This document shows, in pieces, positions 1-13,021 of a DNA stretch of 64,000 bases. The first letter of the stretch is position 1; each line of letters begins with the position of its first letter. The stretch comes from Escherichia coli. GTDB lineage: Bacteria > Pseudomonadota > Gammaproteobacteria > Enterobacterales > Enterobacteriaceae. The DNA lies in NCBI RefSeq assembly GCF_013315695.1, contig NZ_CP054353.1; one strand, given 5' to 3'. The position numbers and the translations under genes were made by a program. The notes under the pieces are model-generated. The model did no database searches, was not told the origin of the DNA, and was given only the letters and a program-made list of their open reading frames with translations.

Positions 1-1838
1 CACCAGATTTAACAGGCGTTGGCATGGAAGGCGGCGCAATGCTCAATGACGCCAGCCAGATCCCACACTATCGCACCATTACCGAAGCCGTACATCAGGA
101 AGGCGGCAAAATTGCCTTACAAATTTTGCATACCGGGCGCTACAGCTACCAACCGCATCTGGTCGCCCCCTCCGCATTGCAGGCCCCCATCAACCGTTTC
201 GTGCCCCATGAGTTAAGCCATGAAGAGATCCTGCAACTGATCGACAATTTCGCCCGCTGCGCGCAACTGGCGCGGGAGGCCGGATACGACGGCGTAGAAG
301 TGATGGGTTCCGAAGGGTATTTGATCAACGAGTTTCTGACGCTGCGCACCAACCAGCGTAGCGACCAGTGGGGCGGCGATTACCCTAACCGGATGCGGTT
401 TGCCGTCGAAGTAGTGCGTGCGGTGCGCGAGCGCGTCGGCAACGACTTCATTATTATCTACCGACTGTCGATGCTCGACCTGGTCGAAGGCGGCGGTACT
501 TTTGCCGAAACGGTAGAGCTGGCGCAGGCCATTGAAGCGGCGGGCGCGACCATTATCAACACCGGCATTGGCTGGCATGAAGCGCGGATTCCGACCATCG
601 CCACGCCAGTGCCGCGCGGCGCATTTAGCTGGGTCACACGCAAACTGAAAGGTCACGTCTCATTGCCGCTGGTGACCACCAACCGGATTAACGATCCGCA
701 GGTTGCCGACGATATTCTCTCGCGCGGTGATGCCGATATGGTATCGATGGCGCGACCGTTTCTTGCTGATGCGGAGCTGCTGTCAAAAGCGCAATCGGGG
801 CGAGCCGATGAGATCAACACCTGCATTGGCTGCAATCAGGCCTGTCTCGATCAGATCTTTGTCGGCAAGGTCACCTCGTGTCTGGTGAATCCTCGCGCCT
901 GCCACGAAACCAAAATGCCGATCCTTCCCGCCGTGCAGAAAAAAAATCTGGCGGTGGTCGGCGCAGGTCCGGCGGGGCTGGCGTTTGCCATCAATGCGGC
1001 GGCGCGTGGTCATCAGGTAACGTTGTTTGATGCACATAGCGAGATCGGCGGGCAGTTTAATATCGCCAAACAGATCCCCGGCAAAGAGGAATTTTACGAA
1101 ACATTGCGCTACTACCGCCGGATGATCGAAGTGACTGGCGTGACACTGAAACTTAATCACACCGTGACCGCAGATCAGTTAAAGGCGTTCGATGAAACGA
1201 TCCTCGCCAGTGGGATCGTACCGCGCATTCCGCCCATCGACGGGATCGATCATCCGAAGGTGTTGAGTTATCTCGACGTACTGCGCGACAAAGCGCCGGT
1301 GGGCAACAACGTCGCCATCGTCGGTTGTGGCGGGATTGGTTTTGATACGGCGATGTTTTTAAGTCAGCCGGGTGAGTCCACCAGCCAGAACATTGCCGAG
1401 TTCTGTAATGAGTGGGGAATCGACAGTAGCCTGCAACAGGCCGGAGGTTTGAGTCCGCAAGGCATGCAAATCCCCCGTAGCCCACGGCAGATTGTGATGC
1501 TCCAGCGCAAAGCCAGCAAACCAGGACAAGGGTTAGGCAAAACCACCGGCTGGATCCATCGCACCACCCTGCTCTCACGCGGCGTGAAAATGATCCCAGG
1601 CGTAAGTTACCAGAAGATCGACGATGACGGGCTGCATGTAGTGATCAACGGCGAACCGCAAATTTTGGCGGTAGATCATGTGGTGATCTGCGCGGGGCAG
1701 GAGCCAAACCGCACGCTGGCGCAACCGCTCATTGATAGCGGGAAAACCGTGCATTTAATTGGCGGCTGCGATGTGGCTATGGAGCTGGACGCACGACGGG
1801 CAATTGCTCAGGGAACACGGCTGGCGCTGGAGATTTAA
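1..1838 (+). CDS. fadH: 2,4-dienoyl-CoA reductase, 5'-truncated by window edge (ORF track 24..1838 is the in-frame internal Met)
   Basis: 604-aa ORF translation matches FadH from the ...GMEGGAMLNDASQ region to the C-terminus ...GTRLALEI; frame is open back to the window start. Confidence 0.9.
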   Translation, partial: PDLTGVGMEGGAMLNDASQIPHYRTITEAVHQEGGKIALQILHTGRYSYQPHLVAPSALQAPINRFVPHELSHEEILQLIDNFARCAQLAREAGYDGVEVMGSEGYLINEFLTLRTNQRSDQWGGDYPNRMRFAVEVVRAVRERVGNDFIIIYRLSMLDLVEGGGTFAETVELAQAIEAAGATIINTGIGWHEARIPTIATPVPRGAFSWVTRKLKGHVSLPLVTTNRINDPQVADDILSRGDADMVSMARPFLADAELLSKAQSGRADEINTCIGCNQACLDQIFVGKVTSCLVNPRACHETKMPILPAVQKKNLAVVGAGPAGLAFAINAAARGHQVTLFDAHSEIGGQFNIAKQIPGKEEFYETLRYYRRMIEVTGVTLKLNHTVTADQLKAFDETILASGIVPRIPPIDGIDHPKVLSYLDVLRDKAPVGNNVAIVGCGGIGFDTAMFLSQPGESTSQNIAEFCNEWGIDSSLQQAGGLSPQGMQIPRSPRQIVMLQRKASKPGQGLGKTTGWIHRTTLLSRGVKMIPGVSYQKIDDDGLHVVINGEPQILAVDHVVICAGQEPNRTLAQPLIDSGKTVHLIGGCDVAMELDARRAIAQGTRLALEI

Positions 1839-1853
1839 ATTGTGCATTGAAGT

Positions 1854-1918
1854 GCCGGATGCTGACGCGTCTTATCCGGCCCGGGGGTAACGTGCTAATC
1901 GTAGGCCGCATCCGGCAC
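1854..1918. repeat. REP (repetitive extragenic palindrome) pair downstream of fadH
   Basis: Inverted GCCGGATGC...GCATCCGGC motifs typical of E. coli REP/BIME elements. Confidence 0.6.
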
Positions 1919-1924
1919 GTCGCG

Positions 1925-2341
1925 TTAATCAATAAACAAGGCGGGAGAAATGCCGAATCGCGTTGCCAGTTTTTTAGCGTGTTCCAGCGTTAATTTCCTC
2001 TTCCCGCTCAAAACGCGTGACACCATCGATTTACTGCCAATTTCCGGCAGATCGGAAAGGGTTAAACCATATTGATCCATAAGGGTACGAATCACAGCTT
2101 TACCGCCAGGCATGGCTTGCGCCATGGCATTAAATTCAGCAAATTCGGGCGCTGATTCTTCCCACGCGGTTATTTTGGCACACGCCAGATCCAGCAAGGG
2201 GTTTTCAGGATCGTTGAGCAGCAGATGATCTACCAGTTCCAGCGCCTGGGTGTATTGTTCCTCGTTCTGAATACCCGCCAGAAAAGGTGCCACAGCAGTT
2301 AGCTTTTCTCCTGCTTGCAAGATGTCGGCAATCGCAATCAT
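1925..2341 (-). CDS. higA: HigA antitoxin (HTH-XRE family)
   Basis: 138-aa ORF; translation recognised as HigA (YgjM). Confidence 0.85.
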   Translation of the reverse strand: MIAIADILQAGEKLTAVAPFLAGIQNEEQYTQALELVDHLLLNDPENPLLDLACAKITAWEESAPEFAEFNAMAQAMPGGKAVIRTLMDQYGLTLSDLPEIGSKSMVSRVLSGKRKLTLEHAKKLATRFGISPALFID

Positions 2342-2415
2342 TTTTTCCCCTTAGTACGATGAACGGCGGTAAAGAAATCGTATTCTTTATGCGTCATAAC
2401 TTCACGTATGTAGCA
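2338..2415 (-). pseudogene. higB: higB toxin 3' remnant (about 25 C-terminal codons only)
   Basis: Minus-strand frame reads ...CYIREVMTHKEYDFFTAVHRTKGKK-stop, with the stop overlapping the higA ATG (TCAT on plus strand); upstream sequence is unrelated and REP-containing, and there is no ORF of 60 aa or more. Confidence 0.5.
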
Positions 2416-2509
2416 TAAACGTTGAACAACGCTAAACAAGAGAATGTAGAGGATGGTGACAGGGATTTTTTGTTTTATGGAAGCGCGATTCCAGAACTGG
2501 GCAGACATT

Positions 2510-2597
2510 GCCGGATGCGACGCTTGCCGCGTCTTATCCGACCTGGGGGTAATGTGCTGAACGTATGCCAGATAAGGCGTTTACGCCTTATCTGGCA
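2510..2597. repeat. REP element cluster
   Basis: GCCGGATGCGACGCTTGCCGCGTCTTATCCGACC and CAGATAAGGCGTTTACGCCTTATCTGGCA palindromic units. Confidence 0.6.
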
Positions 2598-2611
2598 GGT
2601 AGCTGCCAATC

Positions 2612-3748
2612 TTACCGACGACGCCCCAGCTTCACTGCTTTCAGCACCACAAATTTATTATTCGTGGCGATGGTGGTGCAGTTGCCGAAAATCTTCTTCA
2701 GTTTATGGAAGTAATCCAGGTGACGGTTGGCAACGATATACAGCTCGCCGTTGATTTTCAGGCAGCGGCGGGCATGGTGGAACATCTCCCAGGCGACGTT
2801 ATCGGTCAGCGCATGTTGCTGATGAAACGGCGGGTTGCAGAGCACAGCATTAAAGCGGAAAGGCTCCACGCCGGAGAGCGCGTTGTTGATCATAAACTCG
2901 CAGCGATCCAACGCCTCTGGCATGTTGGTTTCAACGTTCAAACGGCTGGAAGCAACCGCCATCGGCGATTCATCGACAAACACCACTTTCGCCTGCGGGT
3001 TTTTATCAAGCAGCGTCAGGCCAATAACGCCATTACCGCAGCCGAGATCGACAATCTCACCCTCGAGATTCTCTGGCAGATGTTGCATAAAGAAGCGCGC
3101 GCCAATATCCAGCCCGGTGCGGGAGAAGACATTCGCATGGTTGTGGATAGTCCAGTCAGTGCCTTCCAGCTTCCAGCTAACGGTCTGCGGCGCATCGGCC
3201 AGCGGCGGCTCGTTGAAAGTGCAGTTAATCAGGCGCGCTTTCTTCCATGCCAGTGTGGTGGTGGTCGGACCGAGCACTTTTTCAAACAGTTCCAGCGTGG
3301 AGGTGTGAATGTCACGGGCTTTAGCACCGGCAATAATACGTGTATCCGGCGTGACCACTTTGCGCAGCGCACGCAGTTGTTGTTCCAGCAACGCCAGTGT
3401 TTTCGGTACTTTGATCAGTACCACGCCCGGCTGTTGCGGGTAGTCGGCGGTGCTGTCGAGAAACTTCACGCTCGATTCATCAATCCCGTTGAGGCGTAAA
3501 TTCTCGCGCGTGGCCAGTTCACTGATGTATGAGTCGCCAATGCTGTACGGCTTATGTTCCGCCAGCGCACAACTTAACGCACCAAAGGCATCATTCAGGA
3601 TCAACACCGGGCCGCGGATTTCTGTGTCGTCCAACTGTTGCAGCAAATATTCATCCGCCGCTTCCCACGCCTGTAGCGGGTTAACGTCATCCGTCGCCGG
3701 AAAACGTTGTAGTGTCAGTGAACGGAAACCGTTGTCTAAGTGGCTCAT
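2612..3748 (-). CDS. rlmG: 23S rRNA m2G1835 methyltransferase
   Basis: 378-aa ORF; translation recognised as RlmG (YgjO), with SAM-methyltransferase motif [11 protein letters not shown]. Confidence 0.9.
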   Translation of the reverse strand: MSHLDNGFRSLTLQRFPATDDVNPLQAWEAADEYLLQQLDDTEIRGPVLILNDAFGALSCALAEHKPYSIGDSYISELATRENLRLNGIDESSVKFLDSTADYPQQPGVVLIKVPKTLALLEQQLRALRKVVTPDTRIIAGAKARDIHTSTLELFEKVLGPTTTTLAWKKARLINCTFNEPPLADAPQTVSWKLEGTDWTIHNHANVFSRTGLDIGARFFMQHLPENLEGEIVDLGCGNGVIGLTLLDKNPQAKVVFVDESPMAVASSRLNVETNMPEALDRCEFMINNALSGVEPFRFNAVLCNPPFHQQHALTDNVAWEMFHHARRCLKINGELYIVANRHLDYFHKLKKIFGNCTTIATNNKFVVLKAVKLGRRR

Positions 3749-3832
3749 CGGCCCTCCTGAATGATAAAATTTCGACGTTGCCCCTGAAAAGGGTGCGTGA
3801 GTATACCCTTTTTCTCTTTTTCGTGGGCGGTT

Positions 3833-4336
3833 ATGAGCAATCTTACTTATCTTCAGGGTTATCCCGAGCAGCTACTTTCCCAGGTGCGAACGCTGATTAA
3901 CGAACAGCGTCTGGGCGATGTGCTGGCAAAACGCTATCCGGGAACACACGACTACGCCACCGATAAAGCCCTCTGGCAATATACTCAGGATCTTAAAAAT
4001 CAGTTTCTGCGCAATGCCCCGCCGATCAATAAAGTGATGTATGACAACAAGATCCACGTGCTGAAAAACGCGCTCGGGTTACATACCGCTGTCTCGCGTG
4101 TGCAGGGCGGCAAGCTGAAAGCAAAAGCAGAGATCCGCGTCGCTACCGTGTTTCGCAACGCGCCGGAACCGTTTTTGCGCATGATCGTGGTGCACGAGCT
4201 GGCGCACCTGAAGGAGAAAGAGCATAACAAAGCGTTTTACCAGTTGTGCTGTCATATGGAACCGCAGTACCACCAGCTTGAGTTCGACACCCGGCTGTGG
4301 CTAACGCAGTTGTCGCTTGGGCAGGACAAAATCTGA
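3833..4336 (+). CDS. ygjP: Predicted metal-dependent hydrolase (YgjP family)
   Basis: ORF 3797..4336; conserved start at [10 protein letters not shown] gives 167 aa; HExxH motif ([10 protein letters not shown]). Confidence 0.8.
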   Translation: MSNLTYLQGYPEQLLSQVRTLINEQRLGDVLAKRYPGTHDYATDKALWQYTQDLKNQFLRNAPPINKVMYDNKIHVLKNALGLHTAVSRVQGGKLKAKAEIRVATVFRNAPEPFLRMIVVHELAHLKEKEHNKAFYQLCCHMEPQYHQLEFDTRLWLTQLSLGQDKI

Positions 4337-4412
4337 AAATGATGTCAGGCGTTATTTTTTCCTCCTTTAGCGCCTAAAATCGACCTCCCCCCTTTCGTTA
4401 AGGATAACGACC

Positions 4413-5105
4413 ATGCTGCGCGTATTTGCCCGCCTTCTTCTCCGTATTTGTTTTTCTCGCCGGACTCTTAAAATTGGCTGTTTATTGTTGCTTATAGCAG
4501 GAGCAACCCTTTTTATTGCCGATCGCGTTATGGTCAACGCCAGCCAACAACTGACCTGGAGCGATGTCAACGCCGTTCCGGCGCGGAACGTGGGTTTATT
4601 GCTGGGGGCGAGGCCGGGTAATCGCTACTTTACCCGACGTATTGATAGCGCCGCAGCGTTGTACCACGCCGGAAAAGTGAAATGGCTATTGGTGAGCGGC
4701 GATAATGGACGTAAAAATTACGATGAAGCGTCAGGAATGCAGCAAGCCTTGATCGCTAAAGGCGTACCGGCAAAAGTGATCTTCTGCGACTATGCCGGAT
4801 TCTCAACGCTTGATTCGGTGGTGCGTGCCAACAAGGTGTTTAGTGAAAACCATATCACCATTATCTCGCAAGAATTTCATAACCAACGCGCCATCTGGCT
4901 GGCAAAACAGTATGGTATCGATGCTATCGGTTTTAACGCGCCAGACCTGAATATGAAACACGGTTTATATACTCAACTGCGGGAAAAACTTGCCAGAGTC
5001 AGCGCGGTGATTGATGCGAAAATCCTCCATCGCCAGCCGAAATATCTCGGGCCGTTGGTTATGATTGGGCCGTTTAGTGAGCATGGCTGTCCGGCGAAAG
5101 AATAA
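4413..5105 (+). CDS. ygjQ: DUF218 (YdcF-like) membrane-anchored protein
   Basis: 230-aa ORF with N-terminal hydrophobic segment; recognised as YgjQ. Confidence 0.8.
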   Translation: MLRVFARLLLRICFSRRTLKIGCLLLLIAGATLFIADRVMVNASQQLTWSDVNAVPARNVGLLLGARPGNRYFTRRIDSAAALYHAGKVKWLLVSGDNGRKNYDEASGMQQALIAKGVPAKVIFCDYAGFSTLDSVVRANKVFSENHITIISQEFHNQRAIWLAKQYGIDAIGFNAPDLNMKHGLYTQLREKLARVSAVIDAKILHRQPKYLGPLVMIGPFSEHGCPAKE

Positions 5106-5183
5106 TGCGTATCTGCGCACGTCGAAGATAAAAAAGGCGTGCTACAGTGACGAGAGAATCCCTTTATGGAGTATCCACGCGTT

Positions 5184-6170
5184 ATGATACGTTTCGCTGT
5201 GATTGGTACGAACTGGATCACTCGCCAGTTCGTCGAGGCCGCCCATGAGAGCGGTAAATACAAGTTAACTGCCGTTTATTCCCGCAGTCTTGAACAGGCC
5301 CAGCACTTCGCCAATGATTTTTCTGTCGAGCATCTGTTTACGTCGCTGGAAGCGATGGCAGAAAGCGATGCCATTGACGCGGTGTATATTGCCAGCCCGA
5401 ATTCCCTGTACTTTTCCCAGACACAACTTTTCCTTAGTCACAAAATTCATGTGATTTGCGAGAAGCCACTGGCGTCGAATCTGGCGGAAGTGGATGCCGC
5501 CATTGCCTGTGCGCGGGAAAATCAGGTGGTGCTGTTTGAGGCATTTAAAACCGCCAGCCTGCCGAACTTTCATCTGTTGCGCCAGGCGCTGCCGAAAGTC
5601 GGCAAACTGCGTAAAGTCTTTTTCAACTATTGCCAGTATTCCTCGCGGTATCAACGTTACCTGGATGGTGAGAATCCCAACACCTTTAATCCGGCATTCT
5701 CTAACGGTTCAATTATGGATATCGGCTTTTACTGCCTGGCGTCGGCGGTGGCATTATTCGGTGAACCGAAAAGCGTGCAGGCAACCGCCAGTTTTTTGGC
5801 AAGCGGCGTAGATGCCCACGGCGTGGTGGTGATGGATTACGGTGATTTCAGCGTTACGTTGCAGCACTCAAAAGTGAGCGATTCTGTCCTGGCAAGCGAG
5901 ATTCAGGGCGAAGCAGGATCGCTGGTGATTGAAAAACTGTCTGAATGCCAGAAAGTTTGCTTTGTTCCGCGTGGCAGCCAGATGCAGGATCTCACCCAAC
6001 CGCAGCATATTAATACCATGCTCTACGAAGCAGAGCTGTTCGCTACCCTGGTGGATGAGCATCTGGTGGATCATCCAGGGCTGGCGGTCAGTCGCATCAC
6101 CGCCAAACTGCTGACCGAGATCCGCCGCCAGACTGGGGTGATTTTTCCGGCAGATAGCGTAAAACTATAA
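5184..6170 (+). CDS. ygjR: Gfo/Idh/MocA-family NAD(P)-dependent oxidoreductase
   Basis: ORF 5166..6170; start at MIRFAVIGTNWITRQF gives 328 aa; Rossmann-type N-terminus. Confidence 0.8.
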   Translation: MIRFAVIGTNWITRQFVEAAHESGKYKLTAVYSRSLEQAQHFANDFSVEHLFTSLEAMAESDAIDAVYIASPNSLYFSQTQLFLSHKIHVICEKPLASNLAEVDAAIACARENQVVLFEAFKTASLPNFHLLRQALPKVGKLRKVFFNYCQYSSRYQRYLDGENPNTFNPAFSNGSIMDIGFYCLASAVALFGEPKSVQATASFLASGVDAHGVVVMDYGDFSVTLQHSKVSDSVLASEIQGEAGSLVIEKLSECQKVCFVPRGSQMQDLTQPQHINTMLYEAELFATLVDEHLVDHPGLAVSRITAKLLTEIRRQTGVIFPADSVKL

Positions 6171-6234
6171 ATTGCCAAAGTAAAACAGTGTAAAAGGTAT
6201 GTAACAGACCATTGACTGACTGAATGGTCTGTCA

Positions 6235-6453
6235 TACTTTGTTGCCTGCAAAGGGGAGTAACTTCATTGCCGGTCGATCGTCATTACGATGTGTGAACAA
6301 CCACATCCGGTCACCGGGCAACCCGAAAGGAATACGCAGACGTATTCCTTTTTTGTTGTAAGTGAGACCTTGCCGGAAGGCGAGGTCTATGCATAAAAAG
6401 CAGCGGCTGACGTCTTCCGACGTTGGCCGTTTTTTTATGTGTAAGGAACTTCT
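6235..6453 (+). promoter_or_regulatory. alx 5' leader, the pH-responsive element / yybP-ykoY-family (Mn) riboswitch region
   Basis: About 220 nt structured, GC-rich leader directly upstream of the alx start with several hairpin-capable inverted repeats; assignment by position and established knowledge of the alx leader. Confidence 0.45.
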
Positions 6454-7419
6454 ATGAATACTGTCGGCACGCCGTTGCTATGGGGCGGATTCGCTGTTGT
6501 TGTCACCATTATGCTGGCTATCGACCTGTTGTTGCAGGGGCGTCGTGGGGCACATGCCATGACCATGAAACAAGCTGCGGCCTGGTCGCTGGTCTGGGTG
6601 ACGCTGTCGTTACTGTTTAACGCCGCTTTCTGGTGGTATCTGGTGCAAACCGAAGGTCGCGCCGTTGCCGATCCACAGGCACTGGCCTTCCTCACCGGTT
6701 ATCTGATTGAGAAATCGCTGGCGGTCGATAACGTCTTTGTCTGGCTGATGTTGTTCAGCTATTTCTCTGTTCCGGCGGCATTACAACGTCGCGTGCTGGT
6801 GTATGGCGTGCTCGGGGCGATTGTTCTGCGTACCATCATGATCTTCACTGGTAGCTGGCTGATTTCACAGTTCGACTGGATCTTGTATATCTTCGGTGCC
6901 TTCCTGCTGTTTACCGGCGTGAAGATGGCGCTCGCCCATGAAGATGAATCAGGCATTGGCGACAAGCCGCTGGTGCGCTGGCTACGCGGTCATTTGCGCA
7001 TGACCGACACCATCGACAACGAGCATTTCTTTGTGCGCAAGAATGGCTTGTTGTACGCCACGCCGCTGATGCTGGTATTGATTCTGGTGGAATTGAGCGA
7101 TGTGATTTTCGCCGTGGATAGCATTCCGGCTATCTTCGCCGTGACCACTGACCCGTTTATTGTGCTGACCTCAAACCTGTTTGCGATCCTCGGCCTGCGT
7201 GCGATGTATTTCCTGCTGGCAGGTGTGGCAGAGCGTTTCTCGATGCTCAAATATGGTCTGGCGGTGATTCTGGTGTTTATCGGTATCAAGATGCTGATTG
7301 TCGACTTCTACCATATTCCGATCGCCGTCTCGCTGGGCGTGGTGTTTGGCATTCTGGTGATGACGTTTATTATCAACGCCTGGGTGAATTATCGGCATGA
7401 TAAGCAGCGGGTTGGATGA
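6454..7419 (+). CDS. alx: TerC-family membrane protein (putative Mn exporter)
   Basis: 321-aa multi-TM ORF; recognised as Alx (YgjT). Confidence 0.9.
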   Translation: MNTVGTPLLWGGFAVVVTIMLAIDLLLQGRRGAHAMTMKQAAAWSLVWVTLSLLFNAAFWWYLVQTEGRAVADPQALAFLTGYLIEKSLAVDNVFVWLMLFSYFSVPAALQRRVLVYGVLGAIVLRTIMIFTGSWLISQFDWILYIFGAFLLFTGVKMALAHEDESGIGDKPLVRWLRGHLRMTDTIDNEHFFVRKNGLLYATPLMLVLILVELSDVIFAVDSIPAIFAVTTDPFIVLTSNLFAILGLRAMYFLLAGVAERFSMLKYGLAVILVFIGIKMLIVDFYHIPIAVSLGVVFGILVMTFIINAWVNYRHDKQRVG

Positions 7420-7742
7420 TTTTTAATCTGTCTAAGCCGTGTACCCTGTCATCAACATGAGCACCGTTTTCTCCCTCTCCCCAAAAGGGGCGAGGGGACT
7501 GACCGAGTACTTTTTTGACGTTGTCATCAGTCTGGAAGCCGCACGTTGGGCTTTATTTTTATGTCAAATAAATGTAACCATTAAGTTGCAAAATATGACC
7601 TCTCTTTAAAATCCAGCATTTTTCGCTTCCCGAAGCTGTAACTTTCCTTATACTCGACCTTGCAAACACTTTGTTACATCCTGAAAGATGCGTCGACAGA
7701 ACGCACCAGGGATGTGCGACAACACAATGAAAGGATCGAAAA

Positions 7743-8987
7743 ATGACTACGCAACGTTCACCGGGGCTATTCCGGCGTTTGGCTCATGGCAGCCTGGTAA
7801 AACAAATCCTGGTCGGCCTTGTTCTGGGGATTCTTCTGGCATGGATCTCAAAACCCGCGGCGGAAGCTGTTGGTCTGTTAGGTACTTTGTTCGTCGGCGC
7901 ACTGAAAGCCGTTGCCCCCATCCTGGTGTTGATGCTGGTAATGGCGTCTATTGCTAACCACCAGCACGGGCAGAAAACCAATATCCGCCCTATTTTGTTC
8001 CTCTATCTGCTGGGCACCTTCTCTGCTGCTCTGGCCGCAGTAATCTTCAGTTTTGCCTTCCCTTCTACCCTGCACTTGTCCAGTAGCGCGGGTGATATTT
8101 CGCCGCCGTCAGGCATTGTAGAAGTAATGCGCGGGCTGGTAATGAGCATGGTTTCCAACCCCATTGACGCGCTGCTGAAAGGTAACTATATCGGGATCCT
8201 GGTGTGGGCAATTGGCCTCGGTTTCGCACTGCGTCACGGTAACGAGACCACCAAAAACCTGGTCAACGATATGTCGAATGCCGTCACCTTTATGGTGAAA
8301 CTGGTCATTCGCTTCGCACCGATCGGTATTTTTGGTCTGGTTTCTTCTACCCTGGCAACCACCGGTTTCTCCACACTGTGGGGCTACGCGCAACTGCTGG
8401 TCGTGCTGGTTGGCTGTATGTTACTGGTGGCGCTGGTGGTTAACCCCTTGCTGGTGTGGTGGAAAATTCGTCGTAACCCGTTCCCGCTGGTGCTGCTGTG
8501 CCTGCGTGAAAGCGGTGTGTATGCCTTCTTCACCCGCAGCTCTGCAGCGAACATTCCGGTGAATATGGCGCTGTGTGAAAAGCTGAATCTGGATCGCGAT
8601 ACCTATTCCGTTTCTATTCCGCTGGGAGCCACCATCAATATGGCGGGCGCAGCAATCACCATTACCGTGTTGACGCTGGCTGCGGTTAATACGCTGGGTA
8701 TTCCGGTTGATCTGCCCACAGCGCTGCTGTTGAGCGTAGTGGCTTCTCTGTGTGCCTGTGGCGCATCCGGCGTGGCGGGGGGGTCTCTGTTGCTGATCCC
8801 ACTGGCCTGTAATATGTTCGGTATTTCGAACGATATCGCCATGCAGGTGGTTGCCGTCGGCTTTATCATCGGCGTATTGCAGGACTCTTGCGAAACCGCG
8901 CTGAACTCTTCAACTGACGTGCTGTTCACTGCGGCAGCTTGCCAGGCGGAAGACGATCGTCTGGCAAATAGCGCCCTGCGTAACTAA
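7743..8987 (+). CDS. sstT: Na+-coupled serine/threonine symporter
   Basis: 414-aa polytopic ORF; recognised as SstT. Confidence 0.9.
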   Translation: MTTQRSPGLFRRLAHGSLVKQILVGLVLGILLAWISKPAAEAVGLLGTLFVGALKAVAPILVLMLVMASIANHQHGQKTNIRPILFLYLLGTFSAALAAVIFSFAFPSTLHLSSSAGDISPPSGIVEVMRGLVMSMVSNPIDALLKGNYIGILVWAIGLGFALRHGNETTKNLVNDMSNAVTFMVKLVIRFAPIGIFGLVSSTLATTGFSTLWGYAQLLVVLVGCMLLVALVVNPLLVWWKIRRNPFPLVLLCLRESGVYAFFTRSSAANIPVNMALCEKLNLDRDTYSVSIPLGATINMAGAAITITVLTLAAVNTLGIPVDLPTALLLSVVASLCACGASGVAGGSLLLIPLACNMFGISNDIAMQVVAVGFIIGVLQDSCETALNSSTDVLFTAAACQAEDDRLANSALRN

Positions 8988-8990
8988 TAC

Positions 8991-9542
8991 TTAGCCCCTT
9001 TCGTCTACGGCGGAAGGGGTTTTCTCCACTTTAAACGGATCAATTCCCCTTCTCTGCATACGCCAGAAACGAATGATATTCAGGCCATTCATTAGCAGAA
9101 AACTCCCCTCAATCATCGTGCCGCCTATCGACCCCGCCCAGAAGTTGTGAATCACCCAGCAACACGTTGAAAACCACATTACGCAGCGCATGGTCAGCCC
9201 TTTACAGCGGAACAGCGCCCAGGTACTGACAATCGTGCCGATTACCGGCAGTAGTTCGACAGGATGATGGAACTTCGCGAGGCCAATTCCGCCAGTCAGC
9301 ACAATAAAAATCGCCATTACCCATAAGCTGCGCGTGCGTAAGGTAATCAATGTACGAATGGCATTAAGGATGGCACTGGCACCGGCAGGATAGGTGCCCA
9401 GAAGAAAAAAATGTACGCCAATAACGGCGCTATAGACCGAAAGCTGCTTTTTGAAGCGACGTTCGTCACGATTGAAAAATGTTGTGATACCAATCAGAAA
9501 GGCGATGACACCCACGCCCTGGGCCAGCCAATACGCGGTCAT
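8991..9542 (-). CDS. ygjV: Inner membrane protein YgjV
   Basis: 183-aa hydrophobic ORF convergent with sstT. Confidence 0.8.
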   Translation of the reverse strand: MTAYWLAQGVGVIAFLIGITTFFNRDERRFKKQLSVYSAVIGVHFFLLGTYPAGASAILNAIRTLITLRTRSLWVMAIFIVLTGGIGLAKFHHPVELLPVIGTIVSTWALFRCKGLTMRCVMWFSTCCWVIHNFWAGSIGGTMIEGSFLLMNGLNIIRFWRMQRRGIDPFKVEKTPSAVDERG

Positions 9543-9624
9543 GATAAATCCTTAGCAGGTATGGAAAAGCAAACGGCGCTTCACATTATGAAACGCCGTT
9601 TTTTATTAACAACTCATTTCGACT

Positions 9625-11112
9625 TTATAGCGTTACGCCGCTTTTGAAGATCGCCAGTTCGCGGAAGTCGTTACGCTCGTTACAGGTTTGCTTACCGTTG
9701 GCAAACTCAACGATGGTGTCGATAAATTCTTCCAGCAACTGCGGCATCGCTTTACCGTGGATCAGCTGACCCGCGTCAAAGTCGATCCAGTGTTTTTTCT
9801 TCGCCGCCAGTTCACTGTTGGTGGCGATTTTCACCGTCGGCACAAATCCACCATACGGCGTGCCACGACCAGTACTGAACAGCACCATATGGCAGCCCGC
9901 ACCCGCCAGGGCGCTGGTCGCTACGGCATCGTTACCCGGCGCACTTAACAAGTTCAGCCCCGGCGTTTTCAGACGCTCGCCGTAACGCAGCACGTCAACC
10001 ACGACACTGGAACCCGCTTTCTGGGTACAGCCGAGGGATTTGTCTTCCAACGTAGTGATACCGCCCGCTTTGTTCCCCGGTGATGGGTTTTCGTAGATCG
10101 GCTGGTCATGGGCAATAAAGTACTGCTTGAAGTCATTGACCATGGTGACCAGTTTTTCAAACGTTGCTTCGTCACGGCAATGGTCCATCAGCAACTGCTC
10201 TGCACCAAACATCTCCGGCACTTCGGTCAGTACGGTAGTACCACCGTTAGCAATCACGTAGTCAGAGAAACGACCGAGCATTGGGTTGGCGGTAATACCG
10301 GAAAGACCGTCAGAACCGCCGCACTCCAGACCAAACTTCAGTTCGCTGAGTTTGCCCGGCTCGCGCTTGTCGTTGCGCATCACGTTATACAGCTGATGCA
10401 AATGCGCGATCCCGGCCTCGATTTCATCATCCTGCTGTTGGCAGATCATGAAATGAACGCGTTCAGGATCGATATCGCCCAACGTTTCACGGAATGCGGC
10501 AACCTGGTTGTTTTCACAGCCCAGACCAATCACCAGCACTGCACCCGCGTTCGGGTGGCGCACCATGTTTTGCAGCATGGTGCGAGTATTGATGTGATCG
10601 TCGCCCAGTTGTGAGCAGCCGTAGGTGTGGCTGAAGAGGAACACGCCGTCGGTACCTTCAGCGTTGTTGGTCTCTTTCAGGAAACGATTTTGGATCTGCC
10701 GCGCGATGCCGTTGACACAGCCCACGGTTGGCAGGATCCACAGCTCATTACGCACCCCGACATCGCCGTTCGCGCGACGATAGATCTGCACTTCACGATC
10801 TGCCGCTTGCGCAGGCAGATCCTGAAAATCAGGTTGATAGCGATACTGATCCAGATCGCTCAGATTCGTGCGCGTATTGTGGGCGTGAACGTGTTCCCCC
10901 GCCGCAATATCCGCCAATGCATAACCAATCGGCAGGCCATATTTAATGACGTTGGCCCCTTTTGCGATATCCGTTAACGCAAATTTATGTCCACGAGCAA
11001 CATCCTGGCGCAGCGTAACAGTCTGGTTATCGACACTGACTTCTGTGCCTTCAGCCAAATCCGCTAAAGCAACCGCGACGTTATCCAGCGCATGGATCTT
11101 GATGTATTGCAT
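9625..11112 (-). CDS. uxaA: Altronate dehydratase
   Basis: 495-aa ORF; recognised as UxaA (same dehydratase family as GarD). Confidence 0.9.
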   Translation of the reverse strand: MQYIKIHALDNVAVALADLAEGTEVSVDNQTVTLRQDVARGHKFALTDIAKGANVIKYGLPIGYALADIAAGEHVHAHNTRTNLSDLDQYRYQPDFQDLPAQAADREVQIYRRANGDVGVRNELWILPTVGCVNGIARQIQNRFLKETNNAEGTDGVFLFSHTYGCSQLGDDHINTRTMLQNMVRHPNAGAVLVIGLGCENNQVAAFRETLGDIDPERVHFMICQQQDDEIEAGIAHLHQLYNVMRNDKREPGKLSELKFGLECGGSDGLSGITANPMLGRFSDYVIANGGTTVLTEVPEMFGAEQLLMDHCRDEATFEKLVTMVNDFKQYFIAHDQPIYENPSPGNKAGGITTLEDKSLGCTQKAGSSVVVDVLRYGERLKTPGLNLLSAPGNDAVATSALAGAGCHMVLFSTGRGTPYGGFVPTVKIATNSELAAKKKHWIDFDAGQLIHGKAMPQLLEEFIDTIVEFANGKQTCNERNDFRELAIFKSGVTL

Positions 11113-11126
11113 ATCAACCCCAGACC

Positions 11127-13021
<1,895 letters not shown>

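Noticed and set aside
2705-3499. 264-aa plus-strand ORF antisense to rlmG
   Set aside because: Lies entirely within the well-supported rlmG coding region on the opposite strand, with no independent start context or recognisable domain; typical shadow ORF in GC-rich coding DNA.
7470-7516. Possible alx terminator hairpin (CCCTCTCCCC-AAAA-GGGGCGAGGG)
   Set aside because: The stem has a mismatch and the T-run lies about 15 nt downstream rather than immediately after the stem; not convincing as an intrinsic terminator.
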